From Mesotaenium endlicherianum (Eukaryota): a stretch of DNA of 57,054 nucleotides. Below the pieces are notes generated by a model. That model was not told the DNA's origin, made no database searches, and saw only the letters and a list, made by a program, of their open reading frames with translations. The first letter of the stretch is position 1; each line of letters begins with the position of its first letter. This document shows, one piece after another, positions 20,591-33,506 of this stretch. Location: NCBI GenBank assembly GCA_009602735.1, contig WELA01000937.1, forward strand, positions 8,155 to 65,208, in the 5' to 3' direction. The position numbers and the translations under genes were made by a program.

Positions 20591-23500
20591 ACTTGGGTAG
20601 AGTTTATTGAGAAGCTGCATGAGAAATTTGATGTGATAAAACAGCAGGAGAAAGCTATCTATGCGATGATCTTCCTGATATTGAAGCAGACCACTTCAGT
20701 TGTTGAGAATGCTCAGAAGTTCCAAGAAAACATGAAGCAGCCGGAATTGCCAGAGCGATATAGAATAGCATACTTCAGGTATGGCTTGAAATTCGAAGTC
20801 TCAGGTTATTTTGCTGAAAAGAAGTATGAGAAACTGGCTGACTTGATCCAGGACGCTGATGCCTTGGATCAGCAGCAATTCAATCATAAGCACCAGAGTA
20901 ATGCTTTGGTGTCTAAGATTGTCAAAAAGCTACATGGTTCCTACAATGCAATTGAAGGAGGCCAGGCTGAGGATGATCCGAGTGATGAGTACGAGTATGA
21001 GTATAATGCTATGCAGTCTAGAGGAAGGGGTGGATGGTCTCAAGGTGGCTACGGAAGAGGTGGTGGTAGGACGAAGCCGAGACCAGCCTCAGCAAAAGCT
21101 ATTGCTACCATTGTCAGGAGTTAGGTCACTACCGAGAGCAGTGTCCTAGAAAGCACCTGCCAAAGGTCGAGAGAAAAGACCAGCCTTTAAAAGACAGCAA
21201 CAGTCAGTAATCCAGTCCACTGACTGTGAGGATGCTAGAGATAGTGAGTCATCGCTAGCTGCCCTCGTAGCAAGTATTATGGGTCCTGTTGAACTGGATT
21301 CGCTATGCATGCCTGACAAACAGATAAAGGAGACCATCAGCAAAATAGATCTACAGAGAATGCACACTCTGGAGAATCTTGTTCCACCTGATGTCCAACA
21401 TTTCTTTGCTAAGTCACGAGAACAATGCAAAAGTCAGGAAAAGTCAGTCCCCCCTGCATTGTATGATTGCAGGCAGGAAGGTGAGGGCATTTGTTGATGG
21501 AGGGGCGTCACATACTTTTATCTATAAGGACTTAGTTAAGCGGCTAAGGCTGCTTACTGTCACCCAAGGGAATAGAATACTATTTTTTGAAAATGCCTCA
21601 AGTATCCCGGGAGGAGTTCTAACCGAGCCTATTGAGGTCCAATTAGGTTCTGGCATTGCTGTTCTAATTCAAACGCTTACATTTGAGGTACTCAACACTG
21701 GCTTTCATGATATCGTGCTACGAAGATCCTTGCTTAACAGACATCGACCTGAAGTGTGTTGGAGCAAAGGTACAGTTCAAGTGAGAGGAGCCAGGGATGG
21801 GCAGACTAACTTCGCACCCACCAGGGCTCTTCTTCTTGTCCTGTATGGATGGCAAATGAAGGAAAAGAAGAGGCTTCCAGGAAGATGCAAATTGCTGAAT
21901 GCAGTGGAGTTTGTCGAAAGCTGGAACCAAAAGGAAGATTAAATGTTTTGTCTGCTGCTCAAAGAGGTATCTTTTCAACCTGAAGAAGTGGTTGAGAAAA
22001 AAAGGAGCCCTTTGGAGCACCCTACTGCTGCAAAAATTATTGCTCAGTATGATGATGTTTGTAACATGCCTCCAAGACTGCCCCCTAAAAGGGAGGTGGA
22101 CCATAAAATTGATCTGTCACTTGGGAGTCGGCCACCTTGGCAACGCACTTATGGCTTGTCCTATGTGGATAGTAAATAGTTAAAAACACTGATAGCAGAA
22201 TTGGAGGAGAATAGATATACTTCTCCCAGTAAATTCCCTTGTGGCGCACACATCTTATTTGTTAAAAAAAACGATGACAGTATGCAAATGTGTGTGGATT
22301 ACAGAGCTCTGAACAGAACCACAGTCAAGAACAAGAATACTTTATCCAGAATTGAGGACTTGCTTGATACACTGTCCGGTGCTAAAGTGTTCAGTAAGAT
22401 TGATCTCAAAAGTGGTTATCACCAGATTAAAATTGCTGAGGAAGATGAACACAAAACTGCCTTCCGCACACGTTATGGACATTATGAGTCTAATGTGATG
22501 CCATTTAGACTGACTAATGCTCCTGCAACCTTCATGGGTGCTATGATTGACATTTTCAGGCCTTACTTGGATAAGTTTGTGCAAGTCTGTTTGGATAACA
22601 TTCTAATTTCTCAAAAAATGAAGCTGAGCATGTTGAACAATTGAAGACAATAATGAACACTCTCATAGAAAATCAATATGCTAAGATGAGCAAGTGTGAT
22701 TTCTTCAAGGAAAGTATTGAATTTTTAGGCCACGTTGTCAGTAAAGACGGCATCAGTGTGGATCCTAAGAAAGTCCAGAACATAAGGGACTGGCCAATAC
22801 CTCAGTTTGTCTCACAAATTAGATCCTTCCTTGGACTGGCTAACTACTATAGGAGACTTATTGAGAATTATTCTACAAAGGCCAATAAATTGACTGACCT
22901 TATTAAAAAGAACATAGGGTATGTGTGGGAGGAAGAGCAGCAAGCTGTCTTCAAGACCCTTGAAGATGCTCTGTAATCTGCCCCTGTTCTCGCTGTGTAT
23001 GACCCCAGCAAACCTGTGGAGGTGGTTACTGATGCTTTTGACTTTGGTATGGGTGCTCTTTTGTTGCAGCATACTCACAAAACCACATAGGATGGTAAGG
23101 TAAAGCAGGACTGGCATCCTGTGCTGTATGAATCTATGAAGTCCTATGCAGCAGAGATTAATTATTTTGTGCATCATAAAGAGCTGTTGCCTATCGTTCA
23201 TATCCTCAAACAGTGGAGAGCATACTTACATGGTAAAGTTTTTAAAGTGATCACCTAGCTCTGACTCATTTTTAGAAGAAATCCAAGCTGTCGAGGAGGG
23301 AGAATCGTTGGGGCCAGATGCTGGAGCAATTCTTAGTCCAGATTGACTACGAACCAGGGAAGTTGAATCCTGCTGATGCACTCTCTAGAAGACCTGATTT
23401 GCAAGAAAGAAACTTTAATCAGCATGCTGTAGATAAAGTCTTTTGTGTACTCACGTCACTTAAGGTGAAAAAGTCCTCTCTTGAACAACTCAGGAAAAGC

Positions 23501-26500
23501 TATGGTTCTGACCCAACATTTGAGCCCAGCCAAACTGATGGTGTGTGTGTTGCTACTGCACTCGGTTATAGGTTGAAGGGAGGGGTCTGGGTAAGTAAAA
23601 CCACTTTAGGGAGGCTGAAGCTGGTGATTCCTGATAACTTGGAATTAAGGTCTACCTTACTGAGTCAAGCTCATGACAGTTTTCTAGGTGGACATTTGGG
23701 GCAGGCCGAAACTGTTGGCAAATTGGCAAAACACTACCACTGGGAAGGGTTGCCTAGGGAAGTCTTAAAATATGTTGAGTCCTGTGATCGGTGTCAGAAG
23801 AATAAGTCTAGACATACATTACCCGGGGGGCTATTACAACCTCTACCTTTCCCAACTGGAAGGTGGGACACCATATCAATGGTTTGGGTGGTAATACTAC
23901 CACAAATTGCCCATGGGCACGATTCAATATTGGTAGTAGTGGATAAACTGACAAAAATGGTCATCTTCATCCCCACAATTGTCAAGGTGACTGCACTCGA
24001 AAGTTCGAGACAGTTCTATAACCATGTAGTATGCCAACATGGGTTACCCTCTAATATTTTCTCTAACAAAGACTCAAAGTTTATTTCCAAGTTCTGGAGA
24101 GCCTTAGTGGGGTTGATGGGAGTCGAACAGCTGCTCAGCACAACAAACCACCCTCAATTTGATGGGCAAATTGAAAGAACTAACCGAATTGTGCAGGAAG
24201 TGCTGAGAGCTTACATCAATCAAAAACATGATAATTGGGATAACCTATTGCCTCAAATTCAATTTGCGGTCAACAATGCGGTGCATGCGTCAACGAAAAA
24301 GACTCCATTTAAACTCAGTCTGGGTAGGGTCCCTAAGTCTCCATTAGATGTGTTAGGGGATTTGACTCATCCTGAGGGGATTGACAAGTCGATGTCTCTC
24401 CAGTTAACTCAAGAATATGTTGACACTCTGTCGCGATTCCAGCAAAACCAGTACAAATCCCAAGAAACCCAACAAAGTATGCCAATCAACACCGCTGGAA
24501 GCTGACATTTTCTAAGAGCGATATGGTCAAATTGCAAACTCAACACCTGTACCTGCCTGGTGTGGTCAAAAAAAAGCTGGGGCCCGTCTGGGTCGGTCCA
24601 TACTTGGTGGTACGCCGAGTCGGTCAAAATGCTTACAAATCGAACATGTCAGCGGAATACAAGGGTCACCTAGTCTTTAATGCCTCTTTCCAGGAACTAT
24701 CCATTAAGAGTGACACACTGTTCACACAGGTCGGTTACCTGTCCAACCGGGACCAGTCCCCGCTGTCCAAGATGGTGACCCTGAAGAATATGGGGTCGAT
24801 GAGATTCTAGAGGTTCGCTCGGTTCGTCGATCATCTAAATACGTTATGAAAAACCTGGTCAGATGGAAGGGATATGATGCTTCTGGAGATGCTTGGGAAC
24901 ATAAAGACTATTTGGTCAACGCGAAAGGGGCGTTAAAATGTTTCTATCTCCGCGAAGTCGGTAGACTACCTTAACTGTCATTTGAGCTGACATGGGAAGG
25001 TGACAAGAGGTTTTGTCTCCATTTCAATTGGAGGGGAATGTGATAGTTAGGTGACAGGAATGTGACAATTAAGTGTCAGCATTGTGACAGATGTGACAGC
25101 CAGGCCCACCTTAAGCTAAGCTGGAGGGTGTCCACCACTCGGAAGGGGGGGAGGGACCAGCACATAAACAAATCACTCAACTCACCCTGCACGCACATTC
25201 ATTCGCTTATTCTCATCACGCTACAAATCAATTAACTTCTGATACCCACCCTCTAAGGTAAGGGAACTATCTGCCGTAGACATACAAATGTACTTCTCTT
25301 TCTGCATCTACCGTAACAATGAATGAGATCCTACTAACTTGTGTTGTGGCTACATGTGCAATATGGCTCCCACCACACAGAGGGAAGACAGGAAGCGCAA
25401 GGCAGAAGAAGCTACGAGGACCATGAAGCGCTACCAAAAAGCGCTGGCGGCGACGTCCCTCACCAAAAGAGAACAAGATTAAGTCTGCAGACAACAAGAG
25501 GCAGCAGAAGAGGCACAGAGGAAGAAGGAACAGGAGGCAAAAAACCTCAGGAGAGCGGAGGAGGAGAGACAAAAGAGAAAGCAAGAGGGAGCGGCAGCTG
25601 CGGAGGAAGCAAGGAAAAAGAAGGAGGAAGCCAAAAAGCAGAAGAGCCTGGCCACTTACAGATATACGGTGGTAGGTGGCCAAACCTTTGATAACTTGAA
25701 GGAGGCACTACTGGCAGTCCAGGATATCAACTGGATTGCCCAGAAGCAGGGTGCTGAAGCTTTGATAGGTATGTTGAGACACACATTGGCGTTGTCCTCT
25801 ACAAAGGGGCTGCTATGTGCGAGAAACTCTGGATGAATCTCCTGTACCAATTGGCAAATCCCAAGAATGATTGGAGTTCTTTCTTGGTCGTGGGGGTTGG
25901 CCATTCCTCCACCACCGTGGTCTTCTTGAGGTCCGTCTTGATGCCATCAGCAGTCACGTGGAGACCTAGGAACTGCACTTCTTGTTTGGCAAACTCGCAC
26001 TTTGACTCCTTTGCAAATAGCTTGTTTTGCTTCAATACTTCGAGGACTTCTTTCAAGTGTCTCGCATGCTCTTCAAGGGTCTTGCTGTAGATAAGGATGT
26101 CATCGATGAATACCACCACAAATCTGTCCAACATGGGCTGAAATATGGTGTTCATCATAGTCATGAAAGTTGCTGGCGCGTTGGTGAGTCCAAATGGCAA
26201 GACCATGAACTCAAAATGTCCATATCTTGTCCTGAATGCCGTCTTCTCTATGTCCGCTTTTGCGATGCGAATCTGGTGGTAGCCGCTCCGTAAGTCAATC
26301 TTCGTGAAGTACTTGGCTCCAACCAGCCGGTCCATGAGCTCATCCATGCGCGGCAGCGGGTATCGATTCTTGATGGTGATCTTGTTGAGGGCGCGATAGT
26401 CCACACACATCCTCAAGGTACCATCTTTCTTCTTGACAAATAGCACCGGGGCTCCAAATGGCGACTTGCTAGGTCGAATGAAGCCATGCTCCAGTAGCTC

Positions 26501-27298
26501 CTTGATTTGCTTCTTGACTTCGTCTAGCTCCGTGTATGACATTTTGAACGTAGGCCGAGAGATGGGCTTGCTTCCGGGCTCCAACTCTATCTTGTGGTCT
26601 ACGAATCTTTTGGGGGGTAGGCCCTTGGGCAATTCCGGGGAGAACACTTCTTTGTAGTCCTCTAAGACTTCTTGTATCTCCTTGGGAACGGGGCTGCCTT
26701 CTTGATTCTCGATGTCTTTCTTGATGTCTTTTGGCGTGATCGAGGCCAAAAGAAGCTTGTGTCCCTTCCTCACAAGTCTCTTGAGTAGGAGGGCGGACAA
26801 TAGTATCTCGTGTGCCGGCTTCTCGATGTCTTGGGTCTGGATATTCTGGATTGCGCGCAAAATACAGATTCTTGAAGTGATGTCATTCTTGATCTTGATG
26901 GTAAGGTCTCTCCAATCAACTTGGAGGTTGTGCTTGGTCAACCAAGGCGTCCCTAGGATGACGTCGTACTTGCCCAATTGCATGGGGGAGAATACTACTC
27001 TAGCCTTGAAGGACTTGATAGAGAGTGCCAAGGGGTACGTCTTCTTGGAAGGGGTAGAATAGGAGAATCCGTCGGACATCATAATCTCCTCGTTGTGGTC
27101 AAGAGTTCGCATAGTAATACCGTGCTTGGTGGCAAAATCTGCAGCGATGAAGTTGCCTTGAGCCCCGCTATCCACCAAGATGTAGACCTTCGCTTCTCCA
27201 AGGTAACCTCTCAAACTCATTGGGGCTGGAACGTCGTCTTCAACGGGGGTCTCCACCTCACTTGGCTTGTTGCCTTCTCGTGAAGTGGGTCTTGGGGT

Positions 27299-27334
27299 GG
27301 TAGGCTCCTGGCCTACCGGCGCTGTCCGTTTTTT
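27299..27334 (-). promoter_or_regulatory. Predicted -1 frameshift signal of the nested element
   Basis: A AAA AAC in gag phase, four codons before the gag TAG; 10-nt spacer; 7-bp stem GGTAGGC/GCCTACC; the -1 frame is ORF 25799-27391. Confidence 0.75.
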
Positions 27335-28404
27335 GACAACTTTTTGGGGCATGAAAGTGCACGATGGCCCTTTTCCTTGCAATAAAAGCATAGTCCAGCC
27401 GTCATGAGAGCTTCTTTTTCAGCCGGGGAGAGTCTTGCTTTCACTCCTTGCTGGTTTCTTGCNCTTCTTGCATCATAAGTGTCATTNNNNNNNNNNNNNN
27501 NNNNNNNNNNNNNNNNNNNNNNNNNNNNNNCTTTTGATAACTCTGATTTTCATGGGTGTGGGTCCAGATTCGGATGTGGAAGGGGCTGCATACACCCGCG
27601 TCGCCGGTACCCGTGAAGATGAAGGCACGGAGTGCTTGAAATCCAAGGTATCCACCTTTTGGGCCACTTCAATGATCTTTGAGAAGTCCGTCAAGTCGCG
27701 TAACTCCACTTCCTTTGCCACCTTGGGTTTGAGGCCAAAGATGTAGCGGTCAATCTTCTCCTCGAGAGACATGTTGGGGATCTCAAGAGTGAGGGCGTGA
27801 AATCTGGATGTATACTCTTGAACGGACGTCGTTTGCTTGAGATGGTGGAGCTTTCCTCGGGCAATCTTCTCCGCATTGATGGGCATGAATTGCTTCTTGA
27901 GGGCCTCACGAAAATCTGCCCATCTTGCATATGATGGTGGGGGCTCTTGGCCGAGCATGGGGTGCGCCATAGCTTGATATATAGCCGCTTGATAGTTACG
28001 CCACCATGATGTTGCTGCTCCTCTAAGTAAGGTAACGGCAAAGGGAACGTAGTCCTCCTCGGGTACTTCAAGGAATGCGAGGTACGTCTCCACTTGGTAG
28101 AGCCATAAATTCAGGTTGGCACCTTTCCCGGGGTTGAAAGTGTCGGGTTTGCCGGGCTTGATGAGTTTCCTTGCTCTCGTTGGCTCTTGTGGAGGCGCTT
28201 GAGCCGGGGCTGGATTTTGAGCATTGCTCGCAATAGGGGCAACCATGGCAGCCATAGCTTCTCTTGACGCTTGCACGGTTGCTTCATAGGTGGCCAGGCC
28301 CACTTGGTTGTGGACGGTCATTAGGAAGGCTGCCCATTCACTTGCGGGAACTCCTTGTGGTGGGGTTAACTTTGCTATAGCGGCTGCCAACGGGATTTGA
28401 CGGT

Positions 28405-28550
28405 GCTCCCCCTTGTGGTGCTTCTTGTTGTTGCAGATTTTCTTGAGTGGGCTCTCCCATCGGCGCTGGAGGAGGGTGTGCTCCTCCTTGTGGTGCTTCT
28501 TGTTGTTGCAGATTTTCTTGAGTGGGCTCTCCCATTGGCGCTGGAGGAGG
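28405..28550 (-). repeat. 72-bp tandem duplication in the gag 5' region (PPPAPMGEPTQENLQQQEAPQGGA x2)
   Basis: Two near-identical consecutive units visible in the DNA and in ORF 28338-28610. Confidence 0.9.
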
Positions 28551-30056
28551 ATCTCCTGGATAGGAAGGGCTTCCTTCGAAAGCTTGCTGTTGGTCTTGAG
28601 GATCGGCCATCTTCTTGTGCTACCAAAGCGCCTAGCTCCGATACCACTGTAGTGAAACAAATAGATAAAGTACTTAGTAAAATAAAATACTTTCTCTATT
28701 CAAGACAAGGATCTTTGAACACAAGTGGTAGCTTCTTGAAAGAGAGATGACTTCTTGAAAGTTAATGTATTTCTGGAATTTGGCACGTACAAGAGTGATT
28801 CTCGAATGTCTTTCTATGTTCTAGCTTTTGTTTATATACTTGCTACAAAAGTAGTTTGTAGGAAGGTGTATGTTGATGTGTTGGCACCCAACACATCCCA
28901 AAACTTGCCACCTCTTTCTAGAATAATGTACGCATGTCCTTTTGACCTAAAAATGGCACGTTTGACTTCTGCCACATGGAGTTCTTCTAGGTCTTTCCTC
29001 TAACTTCAAAAATGCCTTAGAAGGTTCAAAGGACATGAACCAAGTTACTAGAGTACTTATTCACACTTGAATCCACACAATACTACTCCAAACATATTTG
29101 AACACATTAAAATATTTGCAAACTAATATATTATAACTCAAATCACTACAGGCGGTCAGGAGATTTCTCCATGTCTACCAAGGAGCAGGATGACTTGGTA
29201 GATGAGATCCCTACCCTCTCTGAGGAGGAGGATGAGGAGGATGAGGAAGCGGAACAGGGCAGAGGTGTAGCATCAACCTCTGGAGCTGAGGAGACTCAGG
29301 GGCAGGCAGAGGCAGGAACTCCTCGGGGGCCAAGAGCAGAAGGATGGACTACAATTTCTTTTGTAGAGGCAACGGTACCTCAAGCTTGATCTCCCAGTCC
29401 ACTTGCCCAGGGAGAGGAAGAGGCAGAGCTGACTGTACTTGGTAGCAGAGAGAGGCAAAAATCATCAGAGGACAGAGCTCTTAGAAGGAGAATTCGCGGT
29501 GTGATCAGAAGTATGCTGGCCACCCCCATCAGTCAGGGACTTGTGTTCCTTGCCAATGTATTTTAACATTCTACTGGTTTGCCTGTCTATGTAGGAATCA
29601 ACACCCAGGTGGTTGAAGAGCAGGTTGCAATCCTCCGTTCCCCTCGTGGCCCCACTTTAGTGCAAACAGGGTTTTTTAGGAGGCCAGCTCACAGAATTAG
29701 AGGGCTGTCCAGGTCCAGGTCCAGATCTCAGTCCCCTGATCCGGGAGCCCCAAGAACATCTCCCTAGATTTTGGAAGCCATCCCCCAGTCAAGCCTTGCT
29801 AAGGGTCCCTCTGTTTGCACTCCACAAAGGTAGTGGACCGAGGGTGGAGGTCACAATTTTTTGTCACTGGTGATCCCCACAGTTAGGCAATAGTGTTGAA
29901 GCAAGAGGCAGGCGGTAGAGAGATTAGTTTTGTCAACTTTCTTAATATCTCGCTCTCCAGTCTAGTGTTGTCGAGGCGACAACAATTTAAGTTGGAGGGA
30001 TTGTAATGAAACAGTATATTGATAGATTTTATATTCATTTAAATATAATAGTTATT

Positions 30057-31312
30057 TGTAATGAATCGATTCATTATTTATTAAATGAATTGCATATATA
30101 AATACAACCTTAAAAAATTATTATGTCAATGTAATCACATGTGCGAGTTCATCAAAATGAATGTATGTCGATGTAATGCGAGTTTACTTACTTTGTCAAA
30201 AAGATCAGCAACTTTTGTATCATAGGGTAGTTTGCTTACTTTATTGAAAAGGTCAGCAGGATGACTTTTGCATTATAGTATAGTTGGCTGAGATTTATAT
30301 ACCAGATATATAGAGGATACAATAACAGTAGGTTGATATATAGTAAGCTCGTATAATAATAGTTAGTATACTTGGACTCAATATGCTGAGGACAGATATA
30401 GTCATTTAGATAAGTATTTGTAGACTAGCACATGTGACTGTAGTATACCGAAAGTCGGGAGGTCGACTGAGATTTGGTAAACCAATGTCCTACCAGTGTG
30501 GTGAACTCCTGGGTAGGTGGAGCCGTCATGAGTCAACTGAACACTAAGGACTTCAGTCAACCGACCAATTAATATGGTCGTTATACCAAGATCCGTGGGT
30601 CCCAACTTAACGGGTTTCTCACGAAACGGCGCACCTTGCGCCGTGGTCTACCAGGTGGTCACTAGGTACATAGCAGGCTGGGATCTCGTGGTCCCTCATT
30701 CTGGACAGTAGGCTTTACTGTCGGATTTCTACTTGCAAGTCATGTGTGCACTTTTGGGTTCGTTCTAATGACCAGCCTTCACGGAAATTGACATGGTTGC
30801 TTCGTCTGCGCTCCAAATGGAGCGAACTAGAACTCTTTGGGAAGGTCTCGTTAAGATGCATACGTTGTTGTTAAGTGTGCTCAATTTGGAGTAGTATTCA
30901 AAGAATTAAGCCCTCTGACATTTTGGAGTCACACAGCGGATAGATTCCATGGTTTTGCACCTAAGTCAGTGGGATGTGTTTTAGCTACTTTATGGTCATC
31001 TGAATGAGAGCTCCTTTGTTATTCAGTCCCCTGATGTTGTGTATGTGCTTATACATGCTTGTATGCCTGGTAGGGAAGAGGCCATGAGTTTTTAAAGGAG
31101 AAGCTCTAGTCCTCAAGCTCGCCTCTTTCTTGTGCCTTGTATTAGTGTGCAACTATGGCACACTACGATATGTGAGTCAAGGGTTATAGATGAGTAAACG
31201 AAATTCATTATAAGGGCGAAGATCGCTCCCTGAGTTCACACGCTTCCACCTATCTCTGATCTTACATACTTATGTGAAATATATTAATCTTGAATAAGCA
31301 AGATTCATTTCA
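30057..31312 (+). mobile_element. 1256-bp solo LTR of a sister family inserted into the 3' LTR of element C
   Basis: TGTAATGAATC...GATTCATTTCA termini; flanks TTATT/TTAAT; the host LTR resumes exactly afterwards; shares the GTCCTACCAGTGTGG...GGGTAGG core with the main LTR. Confidence 0.85.
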
Positions 31313-31981
31313 TTAATCCAGTTCAGCCTGTTGACCTTTAGTTAACGTTTAATCTGCTGGACGTTTACTATTAATCAGTTTAATGACTCAGTCGATAGCA
31401 ACAGGCTGAAGTCAACTTAGGTCAGCTTGCTGACACATTCTTTGACAGCCAGCTGACTTCCGTACTCGTGGCAGCGAATTGCCTAGTCATGCATTTAAGT
31501 GTGTTATGCTAGATGAATGGCCAGATGACATCCTTAGGATGGATGGCGATTCGGGATGATGGAAGATGGCTGTGGATTTGGTTAACCGAGGTCCTACCAA
31601 CGTGGTTAACTCCCGGGTAGGCGGTGCCATTGCAGTAGCCGTTGAAAAATAAACTTATTCCATGTGCATAGGCTAGGTATTGCTTTCGAGTCCGGCATTC
31701 GGAAACAAGGCCAACTCTATTGTGCTGCTTACTGAGAGGGATCTGAATCCAAGGCTAGAAGCCATTGATGCTAACTGTCTTCTAACCTTGCTTATGTATG
31801 AGTTTACTGATGGCATGATTGATGCTCGTTTACTTGCATTTGACAAATGAGTATTGTTTACTGCTAGTGTTTTATCTTTTGCTATTTAATCAGTTATCAA
31901 AAAATACCATGAAGATTACTTGCTGATATAAAAGATCTTCTATTAATTGTTAATCGCCTATTGGTAAGTCGAATAATTTCA

Positions 31982-33480
31982 CTTTTGCTGCCTCCCTAGC
32001 AGCCATTCTGTCGGCTCTATCTGCTCTTGGGGGTGGAGTCTGCCCGCTGAAGCTCCCCAGCCAAATGGCATCTGCTCCTTGATCTACCTGCTGGCTGGTG
32101 TCCTCTAGCTGCTTCAATGCCCTCTCTGCCAAGGACAACCCAGTCTTATGCAGGGTAGGAGATTTTGCAGGGGTTTAGGTCCTGGCAGGACTGGACTCTG
32201 CTTCTGTGTCCTGCTCCTCTTCATCCTCCTATTCCTCGGAGACTGCCGGTGTTGACTCTGCCATCCTGTCCAATTGGACTTTGGGTAGGAAATAGGCAAC
32301 TGACTTTTCCGTCCTAGCTTTGGGTGGAGGCTGCTAGACTTTGACTGTGCTCACGTCTTTTTTCCTTGCTTGCCTGCCCATTTGAAATAGGCATGTTTAA
32401 CCTTGAAAAAAGAGTGTCGGGCCCTAGTCCTCTCCTCCTTCATCTTTTCACTCATGCACTTTCTTAGCCCATCCAGTCTAGTGTCCCAAGGTGCAATGTG
32501 AGGAGGCAGGGAGATGGTGCCGTCCAACGCGGGGTTCGAAGTCGTCCTCCACAGCCCTGTCAATGTTCTGATCATCAATGTTCATGGTCATCCAGCGCCG
32601 ATCTGTAGGCTGCTTAAAGAAAGCAGGATTTGTCCTCTTTAGTGTGCAGGAGTACCAGTGGGCTGACAAAATCTGCTAACTGGTCTCCCTGGCCACGAAT
32701 AGGCGACGTTTCAGTGGAGCCGAAAAGTCGCGCTAATTTGTTCATGTCGAAACGAATGGTCAAACAGTTTTGAATAATCGCTTGGCCAAATCGATCGAGT
32801 GTGAACGAATGAAAAAGGAGACAAGGGATTCGAATCCCCACAATTGCAATTCGAAAAAGGCAACCCCCGTTTTAAGTCATCCACGACTGTCGTTGAAGTG
32901 AATTGGCCCGGCCCGAAGGTCGCAGGTTCAAACTCCACGAACGACACCCTTGGATCGTCCCACGCTTGTTTTTTTTTGAGTTAACGACTGTCGTTAACTC
33001 GAATGAGTGATTGTCATTTTTCATAACAATGAATGTCAAACAAATATAATTAATCAATGACTACTTAACTAACTTTTTTTTATAAATACTTAAAGAAACT
33101 TTTATGGTCATTTAAATTATGTTTTTGCAATGAAATCGGAGTAGCATTTAAGATCAAATTATATTCCACCTTTTGGTCGTGCGCCAATTCATCGGAATTA
33201 GTCGACACGCGTATGTATCGACAATTCAATAAATTACAACAATTTAAAGGTAAAATATCCTAAGTACGCCTTAAAAGCTTAGATCGTTACACCCTGAGTC
33301 CATGTCTTCTGATGTGGTAACTTTGTTGTGGCAGCCCTATAGAGAGGCCATGGCTGAGTTGGCTTGTCTTTTCAACGTGGCCTGACTTAACAGCCGCTAA
33401 GATAGCTGTTTTGTCAGCTCTGCCTAACTTGGCAGCTGTTGGTGTGGACCATTTGCAGGTCCTGGTGGGGTAAATCTCTC
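31982..33480 (-). pseudogene. Strongly diverged accessory-ORF homologue (element D remnant) interrupted by an LTR fragment
   Basis: SAHWYSCTLK...FFKQPTDRRWMTM...DRAVEDDF...LDGTISLPPHIAPWDTRL...KHAYFKWA aligns with the core of ORF 10899-12599; WLGSFSGQTPPPRADRADR matches 404-790. Confidence 0.82.
32692..33291. mobile_element. Truncated LTR related to 19129-20117
   Basis: Shares GAAAAGTCGCG, the 23-bp palindrome, AATTAGTCGACACGCGT and the CGTTACA end; flanked by CCCTG at 32687-32691 and 33292-33296. Confidence 0.8.
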
Positions 33481-33506
33481 AGGTGACTTGGCTTGTCAAA
33501 GCCTTA

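Larger units (their letters stand above)
25803..29150 (-). mobile_element. 5' half of an unrelated Ty3/gypsy (503-bp LTR 28648-29150, PBS 28635-28646, gag, PR-RT) inside the accessory ORF of element C
   Basis: TGTAGTGA...TCACTACA termini; PBS TGGTATCGGAGC; gag LRGAATSWW/LKQTTSVQEY and [20 protein letters not shown] protease; [12 protein letters not shown]; truncated after FSHIAAPL. Assembly gap at 27487-27530. Confidence 0.92.
20591..31981 (+). mobile_element. Older, 5'-truncated plus-strand copy of the main chromovirus family (element C) carrying two nested insertions
   Basis: Starts mid-gag (TWVEFIEKLHEKF); fragmented PR/RT/RH/INT/chromo to ~24973; accessory ORF pieces at 25363-25802 and 29151-29767; PPT 29987-30001; 3' LTR split into 30002-30056 and 31313-31981. 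Confidence 0.92.

Noticed and set aside
27487..27530. Apparent break in gag of the nested element
   Set aside because: It is an assembly gap (N run), not biology.
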